DNA of 64,000 bases from the NCBI RefSeq assembly GCF_026210795.1, contig NC_089431.1:3224001-3288000 (forward strand), in the 5' to 3' direction. A program made the translations under genes and the position numbers. This document shows, in pieces, positions 1 through 13,150 of the stretch (its first letter is position 1; each line of letters starts with the position of its first letter). The notes under the pieces are model-generated. The model ran no database searches and was not told the DNA's origin. It saw nothing but the letters and a program-made list of their open reading frames with translations. The DNA is from Rhizophagus irregularis. Its lineage: Eukaryota.

Positions 1-1800
1 AGGAGTAACAGTATATGCCATAATTTCTTCAGCTATGCCAGTATCTAGAATAAAGTTGCTTAAGGTAAATATAAATATTTTTTTTCCGTATATTCATATA
101 ATAAAATAAGGATACGGGTCCTTAATGATTGATGTTCAGATTGAAGTCCTCCTAGCTTATTAATAAATTCGCGAATCTGCATAACTGTCTTGGCTTGGTG
201 TCTCTCCTATTATTTAATGATAAAAAGTATATATATTAATTGCTATTGAGATTATAAAGATTAAGCTTTTGTCAGCGTACCTCGTAATTTTCATTAATTC
301 TTCTTGCGACTCTGTTAAGGACTCCGCCCACAACAGCAAAATTCATATCTCTCAATTGAACAAATAGTCTATCACTAGAATTGAGTGGAATTTTTTTTTT
401 TGGCGGGAGTGGAGGGTTGTGACGTTGTTGATGCGGCATTCGATGTTGATGTTGCTGCTGCTGGAGCTGATTTTTGTGAAGCAGGGCCAACAATAGCTGA
501 ATCAACTTCTACGTGTGAAGCTCTTATACCGAACACTTCATCTATCAACCCTTCGTAAGTTAACTGCGTGCAAAGAGGAGAAATGAGATCAACAGAGCGA
601 TCTAAGATAATTAAAGAATCTACGTTTTGAGATACTGATAATGTGGATGACGGGTCGTCAACAGCAACTTCTTTACGCATACGAAGCAACATGTCAGCTA
701 GGTGCTAGATTAACGAATAAGAATTAATATACTAATATGAATAATTTCAATCGAATAGATGTAATCTTTCTTACTTTAGCACAATCTCCTTTCCCAATAA
801 CTCTTGGAATAAGCCCGAACTTCGTCTGGAGCTTCATAAGTGCTCTTGCCGCATAATAAATTGAAGTATAATCACCATCCTATATTTAATTTTTTTTTTA
901 AAAAAATTCATAATTTTGTTCTAATATTACTTATAACCTTTGCTGTCATAAACAATAAAATACCAGATAGAGTTCTTTAAAGGTATTATCTAACTCTAAA
1001 GATAACAAATCATCTTCAAATGGTATTAAGTCAAGATGATATTCTCCGATCGTAATCTGTAAGAATCAACCCAGTTAAGGAAATTATTTGGCTTAATTAA
1101 GTTTTGAGATTTATAAAATTTTTATAAAGAAATATGAAATTGATGATTTGATTTAAAATAAGGATATCTCCAAAGACGCCAGCTTCTTCCAAGACTCTTT
1201 CACAAATCATAGTCCTTCGAGGGACAAAGAAAAGATTGTATTCATAATTTGATACAACATCTTTTTGATGATGAGCTATATGTTCTACGAAAACATAATG
1301 ATAAACAAAGTCAAAAAATTATGGTCGATATAGAAACAAAAATAAATATACGAAATTTATACCAGCAATATATTTCATATAATTCAGTTGCGGGCGACAT
1401 ATATAAATCAAACTTTTTAGCTCAGTCTCTAAAGGTCCTTGTTGAAGATAATGTACTTTTTCTACTCCATGTTCCTATTATTAGCATCTTATTAGTTTTA
1501 GAATTTCAAATTACAAATACAAATTTATGTAATTTCTTGAAAATAACTACTTTTAATAAAGAAAACCCAGCTATCAAACTTAAAGGCCCACTGATATTTG
1601 GATCTAGCACTAAACATTTTTTTCCTCTAACCTATTTATTTTTCCAAATATGTAGTTAATAAATAGGTCAATTTATTAAACAAAAGTTTTTTATTTTGAA
1701 AATAACATACTGAATCTAAAACATTAGTTAATTCTTTTCTCGCCAAATCTCTTAAAGAATTAACGTTCAAAGAAGAATGTGTATTTCCCAAGTGAGACAT
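1..1800 (-). CDS. VPS33: Vacuolar protein sorting 33 (Sec1/Munc18 family), multi-exon, 3' part runs off the window start
   Basis: ATG at 1800. Exon 1 reads MSHLGNTHSSLNVNSLRDLARKELTNVLDS and exon 2 VRGKKCLVLDPNISGPLSL. Later exons contain DSLIILDRSVDLISPLCTQLTYEGLIDE and LNSSDRLFVQLRDMNFAVVG, which are Vps33-type motifs. GT-AG introns separate the exons. Confidence 0.93.
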
Positions 1801-1976
1801 TTTTCATATGTTCAAATTAATTCGCAAACAATAAATAATATAAATCTGGCTGGATCAACAAGATCTTATCATGATGGTGATTTGATTACTTTATTGGGAT
1901 TTTATTATAATAGAATTTACATAAAACAATACAAAAAAAAACAAAAAATAGAATAATGCAAAATCTAAAATTTAAT

Positions 1977-3758
1977 TTAATCATCATCATCGGAATCATC
2001 TTCACAAGGTTGATAATATGAAGGATATACATTTGTTACTTTATCCCAATACCAAAATCCATTAGATAACTTATGAAAATCGGCAGTGATACGCATTCCG
2101 GGCATAGCATAAATTCCTAAATCTGAATTTACACAGATATAAAAAGGTTCCGCAGTAGACACATCAAATTCACGTAACTTTATTTTCTTGAGATCAGTTT
2201 CTTGCGTGTTGTGTAATTCATTAGAATTTTGAAGGGTTTCATCTGCGGAAGCCTCCGATATATCCCTTTGAAAAGGTTCAACTCCAATAATTTCACATAT
2301 CAAAGCGGTTTTAGAATCTTCTTTAACTCGGGTCAACTCTTCGACTGCATTAGCGCCAAATAACTCTCTAATGAGTTGTTTTCCTTCCCCCTTTGATATT
2401 CCAATCATTGACGCTACAATTTCTTCTCCATTCCAAGGATCATCAAGCATACCATATAATTCTCCTCCGAATAATAAAGAACACGCCTTGTTGAGTTTTC
2501 CTGGCGCATTCTGTGCGAGCGCTTTGCAATTTGGTAATTCTTCTTTTGCTTTGTTCGCGATTTGCAAAGCCGTTTGCATATCTTCTTCATACTCCGGACA
2601 TACCTTATGGTTATGTAAATAATTTAAAAATGATATCACAACCTGAGGTCCTTCGCGAAATTGGTCCATTTGAACATAACCAGATTTATCGATTAAAAAG
2701 CTAGACAAGTAGACGCGAACAATGTACGTGAAGTTTACTTCCATGTCATCTGCTTCATCGTCAATATAATCTGTTGCGCGGCGTGCAGCAATTTCTTCTG
2801 CGTCTGCGTCTGCGTTATCGAGTCCATCTTGACCTAAGAAAGACTTAGGACCAGTGCTAATTCCTCCGAAACGTAGATAAGAATTGAAAACCTGATTCCG
2901 AGTAGAAGTAAATTTACGGTTCTTTTTATATTTCTGAACAGCTATTTCCACGCGATGTGTTAGTGATTTCGATCTATTCAAAAATAAAGAACATCACTTT
3001 AAGGTTAGTTTAAAATTTATATGGCGGATTGAACAAAATTTTGCAATTTCAACGTACGGATCATAGAGTCTATTCTCATCTTCTTCAATTGGTCCAATAT
3101 CATGAAAATCTAAATTAGACTCATCATTTCCAGATTTCTTCTTCTTCTTCTTCTTCTTCTTCTTCTTCTGCTGAGGAATTGCTACGTCAACGGTCTCGCT
3201 GGTCGAAGCGGTAGAATTATTTGCATCATTTTTTGAATTCGTATCGTCTAAATTTTTATCTTCCGTATCTTCTTCTATTGTTACTTTGCGATCCACAGTT
3301 TTGTCAGTTGAAGGGGGATCATTTGTGCCATTAATCAAAGTTGTATCACTCTTGTTATCGTTTAAATTTTTATTTTCTTTTAACAAATTTCCTTCCGGAT
3401 TCTCGTCTTCCTTCATATTCACAATTTCACTGGTTGAAGAGGGATCGTTTGTGTCATTGACCAAAGTCGTATCACTTTTATTTTCGACCAAGTTTTTATT
3501 TTCTATTAATAAGTTTTTTTCCGGATTTTCGTCTTCCTTAGTTTCGCCAGTTGAAGAGGCCATGTCATTAATTGAATTCATATCAATTTTATTCTCTTCT
3601 GAATCTTTATTTTTTTCTAACAAGTTTTGCCCCGAATTTTCGTTTTCTATTGTTACTTTTTTATTCTCCACATTAACCTTTGACGTGTTTTGGCCTATAT
3701 CATTCGATTCTTTTGTGAGTGCATTTGTAAAAGCTTCTTGTTGACTTTGTTCTGTCAT
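1977..3758 (-). CDS. arb1: Argonaute siRNA chaperone (ARC) complex subunit Arb1-like protein; two exons (3758-3058, 2973-1977)
   Basis: An 84-nt GT-AG intron at 3057-2974 joins ORF 2994..3758 in frame to ORF 1977..2981 (..RLYDP|SKSLTHRVEIAVQKYKKNRKF). Motifs RVEIAVQKY..RKF, FNSYLRFGGISTGPKSFLG and FLNYLHNHKVCPEY are recognised as Arb1-like. Confidence 0.75.
3136..3168. repeat. (TTC)n microsatellite encoding a poly-Lys tract (11 K) on the minus strand
   Basis: ttcttcttc... run; the translation reads QQKKKKKKKKKKKSG. Confidence 0.9.
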
Positions 3759-4646
3759 GGTTGACTTTAAAAAATTATTTAATTAAATTATTAAAATATT
3801 TATGAAAAAATCGTTATAATTTACCTATTTTTATTTTATTTTGTTTTTAAGAAAAAAATACCAGTCAAAAAAGAGCTTGCTAAGGTTTATCAAAAAAAAG
3901 TATCCCGTTTTATAGGTTATCTAAGCCCAAATCAATAGTCACATGTAATTGCCTAAAACAACTATAAATTACCCGATACCCAGCTTACCCCAATTTACGG
4001 AGAACAATTACGCAATTACATAAACATCTATTGATAATACGAAAAAGGAATCCTTACAAAAACATAGGTTAACTGTTATTGTAGACAAATTAAGAATTTG
4101 TATTACTGCGGAAAATATCACTACGAATCTAATTGGTCACGCAATGACTTTATGGAAAAACATCACAAAGACAAAAATCGGTACTTTTTATGAGGAACAA
4201 TTGTCATAAATGAACAATTGCAAATTTATTAGTAATATTATTGGATAGGAATGTTTTTTCCTTGTCTTAATTTATTCTTCGACGTCTAAATTAGAAACTG
4301 AAAATCAATGTCGTCAAAGTCAATAACTTTGTCTCTGATGTATTTTGTTTGAGTATATATGTTCCGGAAAAATAAAATTCATATTATTTTCATTCACCGG
4401 ATGAAAAATCTAATACTAGATTCGTAATACGAGCCTTGTTAAATTTATAAATTAATAATTTCTATCGGAATGGGAAAACATTTTCTCATCAAAGATTTAC
4501 TTTTAAAATTTACGTGTAATCACGTGATTAGATTTTGTCTGTGCCTCATTCGCGACGCGAATGTGCGGTGGCAAAAGAGTGCTATTATAACCATAAGGAG
4601 AATAAAATTAGTATTGATGTATGATATACAATTATGACTCTATAAA

Positions 4647-7600
4647 TTAATAGCTTACTTTGAATAGGTGCATTCCCTTGCCTCCACAAATGGATTTCAC
4701 TACCTCATATTCTTTTCTTGGATTCAAAAATTTCTTTTTGACCCCACCTTGATTCACTCTTGAACTTGCACGACGGAACAGGAAGATGGAGACCGGCTCA
4801 GTCTCGGCCGTTCCATATTCGACAGGTTCGTCTGACCGCCAAGTATCTTCGTCAGATTCTTCGTCAGCATTTTGTTCATTGAAGGTTTCATAACCTTGGC
4901 CGACTGTCGTTTGATTACCAGATTCCACTTCGTGATTATGAACTTCATTAGTGGGAAGTTCTTCCACTTTCATACTTTGCTCTTCACCGCAATACTGACG
5001 TTCTTCTTCGTGAACAGTTCTCACCCGAGGCTGAGTAAATGTTGGTAACTCACGTCCAACTCCAGAACGCCTACTTCCCGGTGAAACATTTTGTTCAATC
5101 CCAAACGAATTATACATTCCCGACCTATTTGAACGAATTGGAGACCCAGGAAATGTTGGTGTCAATCCATTGTTGTTATTACCGCTTGGACTAGAGATGT
5201 TACGTGGGTCACCGAGTGAACGACTAGAGATAAATTCATCATTGCGGAATCCGTCATTGCGATCGTATATATCAACAGAACCCCCCCGATTAAATGGACC
5301 TGGATTCGATCTTAAAGAAGACATTTGAGGAGAATGTGGTTGAGGTCCAACATAAGAACCTCTTCGTGGGCTTGATTGTATCCCATAATCAGAACTAAAT
5401 CGGCGCTCATTATATTCGGAAGAAATTGAACGATGTGGAGGTGAGAATGCCGCCGACGCTCCGGGAGAAGGTTGAGATTGTGGCAATGAGGGCGAAAACA
5501 AAAAAGTAGAGTTATTTCGAGGTAGTCTAGACGATAGCTCTGACTGTTGATCAAATGAAATTTCATCTTTTAAAGAAACTTCTTTATTAATAGAGTCATT
5601 TTCGTTAACGGTCGAAGTTTTATCTTCGTGCCCAATTTGAGGATTAATGTCTGAATTTGCCACGACACTCTCACCGTTTTCATTCAAACGGATCTTTTTA
5701 CGAGGCTCATCCTCATCTTTATGAGGATCATAATCGATGTTTTTGTTACCATCATTTTGAGTCTGCCGATTTTTCCCTGTTTCGGGATAGTTCCATTGAG
5801 ATTCACGAGTTTGTGTATTGAAATAATAATCTTTGTTCCTACTAGACTTGCATTTTATCCAGGGATGAGGAGGTAAAGAATCTTCATCCTCGTTTACTGG
5901 AACTCTTTTCGACTCCTTTATAAATTGGTCTTGAGGATCTCTATTTTTTTCTTCTTGCATATGTGCTTCTTGCGAATAATCCCGAATATTATCACGTTGA
6001 TTGTCCATGAGAGTTTGAGCAGGTCTCTCAGTATCAGAACGTCGCGTAGATTCAGACCTACTTGTACGAGGCACTGGATCATCTTCCATATCCCGTCTTT
6101 TTTCCAATTCTCGTTGATGGCGATCATACAAATGCTTTTGCGGATCCGTTCTCTCAACGGAGTTACTCCGACTTTCGTGGTCATCACGAACTCGATCTCT
6201 CATATCCCGATCATAATCAACACGATACTTATCAATGTTATAGTCTCTTTCGTACTCCCGAAGTGATCGACGATCAGGTTCTTTTAGATGGTCCGATAAA
6301 GGTCTATAATGGTCAGGTATACCGACATTACGATCATGGGTGGGCGACATTCGGTCTTCTTTACGATTCGTTAAATCTCTATCCTGATCTCTATTTACTA
6401 CAACTCGATTACCATCTTTAGAAGGATAATCTTCACGATGGCGTTGCTCTCTCTCTTTATCCCTGATACGATAGTCAGGAAGACGTTGATTGAAAGAATT
6501 TGCATCACCCCTTTGTTCCCGATCATAATAAGCCTTACGCTCATTAAGTTCGATGTCTTCCCTCTTTCTTTTATCAGGTCGATCATGTTCAGTAAGAACG
6601 TTAGGCTGGATATTTCGTTGTCTAGGTTCTTTATCTCGATTATCTTGGTAAACAGAATCATTTTGAGTTTCGTTCTTAGAGCGGACAGCTGGTTGCCGTT
6701 CATCTCTTCGAATTGGCTCTGGTCTTAAAGCTTGATCACGGTGGTAATGACCATCCTTCTCTCGATCGCGAGGTGGAGGATCTCTTGGATTTCTCTCAGG
6801 AATACCAACATTACGAGGATCATCGAGTCTACGAGCATTAGATATTCTTTCATCTGAACGCCGAAAAGTAACATCTATTTGGTCATTTCTGCGGAGATTT
6901 AATGAATCTCTATCTTGCACTTTAAGATCTCTAGAAGAGATTTCCTTTTCTTTTGACAAATCTCTGATCCTTGGATCGCGATCTCTATTAGACAAATCAT
7001 CACGCTGTCGGGATATTCGATCACGATCTCTTTGGAAATCTTGATGCGGTTGCCATTCGCGAACATCATCACGTGGCCGAAGTTCTCGATCTTCTCTCTT
7101 AATTCTTTCAGGTGATCGTGTTCTACTTGGAGGTTTGTCGGAGTCGCTTGGAGATCTACTTGTAGCGCCTCGGATAGTACTGTTTGAAGAAGTTTCAGCA
7201 TTAGGGGTTCGGCTACCATGATCATTTCGATTCCGTTCAAATTCGCGTTGAAATCGATCCCTTTCGTTTCGACGCGGAATATCCAAATGGGCTTTATCTT
7301 CCAACAAACTTTTATTATACCTATCTTGACGTTCTCTTTCTCGTCTATCTCGGTCGAAACTTCTGTCGTCATGCGCTCGATCAGTAGCTATTGCACGATT
7401 ATATCTTTCTTCTCTTTCGCGTTCACGAATATCTCTTTCATATAGTCGGGTTCTACGATCATCTACGTGAGACTGTTGAATAGAAGTTTCCCGGCTGGGA
7501 CGGTCATAGCTCCTATCAGAATTACGTCCATCGTCAGAATTTGTAGCACGATTACGAATTCTTGATGGTATTTCTTTGTTATCAATGTCCTTATTTCTTC

Positions 7601-8792
7601 CGTGTTCCTTTCTTTCACGATCTTTATATGAATCAGGAATAGGTGACATATTCCTATCACTACGTGAAGTAAAAAGTTGGTCTGATTCGCCAAATTCTTG
7701 ATCCGCAAATTGTTCACCCATAAACGAAGGGTCTTCTTGATCTTCGTCTTCAATGCCCATCAAATAATCATCATCAGCTTGGATCGATACGACATCTTCT
7801 TTTGCTATATCTGATTCATGATCAGATTGCGCTAACCCAGAAATATGTTCATATACAGCATTATTTTGTTGTTGTACAATAAACTCGGTCGAACCGACAA
7901 AATTCTCTGACGTTTCATCATTCCCACCATCTTTAATCTCGTTTAAGACTCGTTCGGCATTTTGAACATTGTATTCTGCAGGTGACTGTGGTGAAATATC
8001 AGCTTTGGGCATTTCCTGAAAAGTTTTTGTATTATCTTCCATTTCCTCTCTTTGTATGTCCCTTGCACTATTTATTTTTATTTTATTTTTTTTATTAAAT
8101 AATTAACGCATAATCAAATAACAATAAACCTTTAAATTATTTTGATCTACAACTCTTACTTTGAAGTTGAGGGAATTTCTGATTCCTGAAAGTCATCTTC
8201 CCCTACAGTTTGTTTTTGTTCAAGTTGTTTGTGTGAGTTTCTTCGTAGTGGTCTAGGTTCTTCACGCTTTCCACCTTTTACGGTATTATTGGGATTAATT
8301 TTAGAAATTGCCGTATTCCTCTTAGTACCACCCTCAGATTTATTCTTATCGTCCTGTGTTGATTCTTGTTTAGGTTCACCCTCTAACTGCTCACGTTCAG
8401 CCTTTAATATTTAAAGTAACAATCAATAAATTTGTGTCCAGCCAACATCCTACAATTATATGCCATTATACAGTCGTCATAATCACCTTCCGTGCGTCTG
8501 AAATTCTCCTTGATTTACGAGTTTCAATCCCAGACAGGTGTTCCTTAACTTCTTTTTTGATTGTGGGCTGTCTTGGTAAGGGCGCAGCGCCTGAATTTTT
8601 AGTGCCAAGGCGATCAAAAACTGATTGCCTAGGCACTTGTACCTGAGTAGTTTGTTCAACCGGTTGAATACGTTTTTTACGTTTGTTCGGAGGTTCAGTT
8701 GTTTGTATTTGAGTATTTGGTTGATATGTAGAAACACTGGCTTGAGTATGAGGTTGGTTATTTTTATTATTGTTTTTAGATCTGCGACCCAT
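4647..8792 (-). CDS. Large disordered R/D/E-rich protein with one WW domain; three exons (8792-8487, 8401-8160, 8067-4647), ~1320 aa
   Basis: GT-AG introns 8486-8402 and 8159-8068 are phase-compatible (the 242-nt middle exon restores frame) and link ORF 8466..8792 to the 1131-aa ORF. WW motif: LPPHPWIKCKSSRNKDYYFNTQTRESQWNYP. Confidence 0.8.
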
Positions 8793-9533
8793 ATTTACAA
8801 TTTCTTAGCGTAGAAAATACGAAATTATTTTTTAATAATAATATATAAATAGATAACAGATATTAAGATAACAACAGTACTTTGGAATTTTCATGAGTCG
8901 ATGTTCAAGTGAAGATCATACCTTAAGAAGCAAGAAAATAAACATGACCCCTCATTTAAATCATTTAAATCATGCAGGTTTAGGAGCAGGTTTAGGAGAA
9001 TATATATTACGTAATATTTTTTCTAGGCCGTGCAGCGCTGCGTATACTAAAGTCTTGTAACATATAAAAAAAATCTCATAATATCGAATTTTACTAATTA
9101 AATGCCGTTTAACGGAGTAAATTTTATAAACCGTATGCCCCTTTTTAACTTTTATAACGATTTTTTTTTTCGAAGATATTTTGTGTAACTTACGTTTTAC
9201 ATTATAAATTATATAATATACCATAATATATCAAAATTTTCCAGGTTATACCAGATTTTCCCATCATATTAACGAATAGTCCTATAACGAGACGCCCACT
9301 TCGTAATATTGAGTTGACTGTAGCTTTTCTTGAATAAGACCCCGTGTACTATATACAGATGCAGGTGAAAGCCCAAAAATTAAATTAAAATTCTTCCCTG
9401 TTTGATTTAATTTATTTTATGGCTAAAAGCGCCACAAATACGATATAATGAGGTCACTGCTCACAAACACTTATAAAATGAGCAAGAAATCCAAATAATT
9501 AAAATAAAACCTCTCTATAAAAAACAAAAAACA

Positions 9534-10174
9534 ATGCTTTCCGACAAATCAACTAGTGAATATATTAACGTCGTCGTCAAACTTGCTGAACCTACAAGTG
9601 TTTTTGAATTACATAAACTAGCTGCTCGATTGGCTGGAAAACCAGCTTTCATTTCTACAACCGATGAAAATCAAGATGTCTTTCTAGCAATCAAAGAAAG
9701 TACAACTTTCATTAAACAATACTGCCATCAACAATGGCTAAAAGAATTAAATTATCAATGGAATGGTGAAACTACACATCCTTCTGAATCATCGCAAGCT
9801 GGTGCTTTAGAAGACAGCATTCTTTATGATGCAGATATTACAAATTTCGATTTTGCTGGATATTTAAAGGTATAATGTTGTGTTTATATTTTCTAATTTT
9901 CGATAAAATCTTTCTAATTATTCTAATTATAATGTTTTAATAGACCAAGTTCGACAACTTAACTTTATCTTCTGCTGAAGTTGATCAGCTCATTAAAGGT
10001 ATTGTAGATCTTATCAAATCTGAAGGTTCTACCGTACATGACTCTTGGAAAGGACAATACAAGAAATTCGATTTACAAGACAAATGTTGTGATTTTTATT
10101 TCACTGACACCACAATTCCTGATAAAAATGGAACTCCAATTTTATTAATGTATTGGTGTGCTTGTTTCTATTAA
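9534..10174 (+). CDS. Hypothetical protein, 188 aa, two exons (9534-9869, 9944-10174)
   Basis: ATG in an AAAACAATG context. A phase-0 GT-AG intron at 9870-9943 continues the frame TKFDNLTLSS...LLMYWCACFY*. TATA-like TTATAAAA near 9471. Confidence 0.75.
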
Positions 10175-11461
10175 ATTAAAAATTAAACGAGTAAAAAAAA
10201 AAATTAAATGATTAAACTTTTAACCCATTACCTGTTATACAATTTGGATCGGTGAACACGTATGACAATTTATAATTTAATTTACAATGTAAAAATTATA
10301 AATTATTTTAAAAAAAATGATTTTAATGAAAATAAAAAATATATATTTTTTTTTAATATTAAATTTACTTGCCTTTTTTTAAAATAAATGATTATATAAT
10401 ATAAAAAAACAATAAAAATTATTAAAATTATTTATCAGAAATCTTATTATATGTAATCCTATTGGTTAATAAATTAAGAAATAAGAAATAATACTAGTAT
10501 AAGACTATATAAATATCTTTTCATATAAACTAATAACATAGTAAAATTCGCATTTGTATCAACTACAATAATGGCTCCATGATCATCACATAAAATAGAA
10601 TTTAGATAATGCTTTACGAGTTTGATGAACTAAATAACACGTTTTGTCACACTCTTGACATTGTGAAAATGTGCATTCTCCAAATGCAATGATTAATACA
10701 ATCCACATGATCGGCAGTACATGGAAATTCAATCAATTTTCACATTTCATTCCATCAGGATAAGTGGCAGAAAAATTTTCCCAATATAACTTCAAGTCCT
10801 AAGCGTAAAGGAATAGGACAATATGTTTGTTTTTCGAATTTTTTCATTAGAAAAAATCCACCAGTCACGTAAATATGGACCATAATGGAGTTCTGGCACA
10901 ATACTACCAGTTGCAACAAGTTTTCCTGTAGTAATGTGGGATTTTGACATGGGGAAAAAAGATTTCTAGACGCGTTTTTTTATTATTAAACATAACGCCG
11001 TAATTTACTATATCTGTTCTATCGATCACATGCGGATCGGCAATTAAGTGGTGATTCGTCTAAGAAGTAGAGAACTTTCTTATTTGTTTTCAGGGCGAGG
11101 AAAGTTCTTGCTTTTATCTTTTTTGCCTTTCATGAAGTTGAAAAGAAATAATTTCCCATTTCTTAAGATTCCGAATAGTAATTTCCCATTAGTTCTTCTT
11201 ATTCTATGCTATCTAGAACCCGAACATGCGTAAATGGATCCTGGATTCTAAAATGGAAATTTTTTTCTCTACTTTATTTGCGAATCACCACATAATAATT
11301 CAAGTGCGTAATAAAAAATATGCCAGAACTTTCGAGCATGACGCACTCTTGACCGGTTTATTAATACGCTAATAATAAATGACTGATACACAATCACATG
11401 CCCATATCTGTGAAATCAGCGACATAAAATCAATAGGTTCGTCTATATTTCCCATACTAGC

Positions 11462-12516
11462 ATGTCTGAAAGTGCTAATTTAACTTCATTCATCTGTAAA
11501 TGGTTAGGTACTCATTCAGATCCACAACACTTGGAAACTGAGGAGAAACTTAGAAATCATATCATTCAACACGACATCAATTCTTGCAAAAGATCAATTT
11601 CAGGAGACTCAATTTATATATGTCCGTGGAAAGGTTGCAATAAATATCAAAGTAGTATTATTAAACTAGAAGGTATAAAAATATGTCAAGTACTTTTTAG
11701 CTTTACTTGCTCCGTAGATTCTCTAGAATAATAATTATAATTTTATTTTGCAGAGCATTTACGTCAACACACCCAATAAAAACCATTCAAGGTAATCAAT
11801 ATTTTACCCGTTACCTTGTTTTATAAGTACAGAGGTGACTGAAATAATCGCGGTGACCTTTTTTTTTAGTGTCCAATTTGCAATTGTTTGCAATTTGGTT
11901 CTCCTGATGCGCTAAGTCAACACTTGATTATGAACCATATTGATAGCGTTGTAGACTTACCGATGATGAAAATGAAAAATTGAATTTAGGTATGTTACCA
12001 CAATTCGATTGTAGTTAGAATTTACATCGAAGATGAACTAAAACCACGTATCTTTAATTAATATCAAAATAATATCAGACTATTGAATTATATTTTCTCT
12101 TGTCCTAACATATTTTCTTTTCTTGTTAAAGAAAAAGTCAAGGATAAAAAACGATGTTTATGTGAAGAAAGAGATGAAAAATGAAATTATACCAATAATT
12201 AATACCAAAAATTATCTTATCATGATGTTCTTGTTAAAGGAAGAGTCAATGAAAATAAAAACACGGGGAATCTTAATTTTTACGAACGTGAAAAGATCCT
12301 GTGTGATTATTAGATAAAGGGTTCAAAATTATCTAATTATTACCGGAGAGCCCAGTTAGTGATTATGATTATGATGATTTACCCATTGCGCCACGGGGGG
12401 AGGGAATTGACTGAAGCGGACGAACTTATGTTGAAGACAGTTTGTAGATTTTACAAACATACAGAAGCTGGCGAATATTTTACTAAAGTCTTAGAAATGT
12501 TGGAAAGCGAATCTTG
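11462..12516 (+). pseudogene. C2H2 zinc-finger gene with an in-frame stop (probable pseudogene)
   Basis: Fingers CKW..HIIQH, CPWKGC..EHLRQH and CPIC..HLIMNH span introns 11673-11753 and ~11792-11869. The linker HTQ*KPFK has TAA at 11777-11779. Downstream frames are broken and the 3' boundary is uncertain. Confidence 0.65.
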
Positions 12517-12616
12517 AGCATGGATATGTTATTATTTAGTCACATTTACAGCAAAATATTTTTAATGAATTTATTAGAGATAAAATATAAAAATTAGTTT
12601 CATCCATAAAATCATG

Positions 12617-13150
12617 TCATGCATTTTTCAAATGATCTCCAAAATCTTCCGGTTGATCGGGAGCTATCTGCAATAACCTGAGGGATCTATGCAACTTATG
12701 AAGTTGTCCTGTAGCTGTTCTTTTTAGTTTATTTTTATGGATTCTTTTATTTTGAATCGCTTTATATTGAACTAATAAATTTAAATCTTGCACACTCATC
12801 CCCTCATTTCCAAGTATATCAGAAAGTCATTTCTTAATTGTTTCATCATTAGATACTAGACTATACAATTTATAAAACTGTCAAATTTCCTATCTTCTGC
12901 TAATCCATCGTTGTAGCATTCTAATACGATATTGTACCATTCGCCAATAATATGGCAAATATCGTTTACTGCTTCGAACCCTTTCTCTATTAGGCAAAAA
13001 TATACATACTTTTTCTGAGAATTTTCAGAGCTAATTGCCTTGGTCCACGAATTTTGAGTAAGATTGGAATATTTGGTGGACGGACCTTGAACCTTATACC
13101 ATGTAACAGTGTCACCTGATTACTGTCAATACATTTACCGTTTGTTTTTT
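12617..13150 (-). pseudogene. Fragmented hypothetical-protein relic
   Basis: Two protein-like ORF pieces (12990..13202 and 12617..12799) lie on the same strand, separated by stop/frameshift-rich coding-like sequence. No family recognised. Confidence 0.3.

Noticed and set aside
1249..1659. 136-aa plus-strand ORF
   Set aside because: It is antisense to VPS33 exons and introns.
4754..7753. Many 60-160-aa alternative-frame and antisense ORFs
   Set aside because: All overlap the long WW-protein exon and reflect its codon bias.
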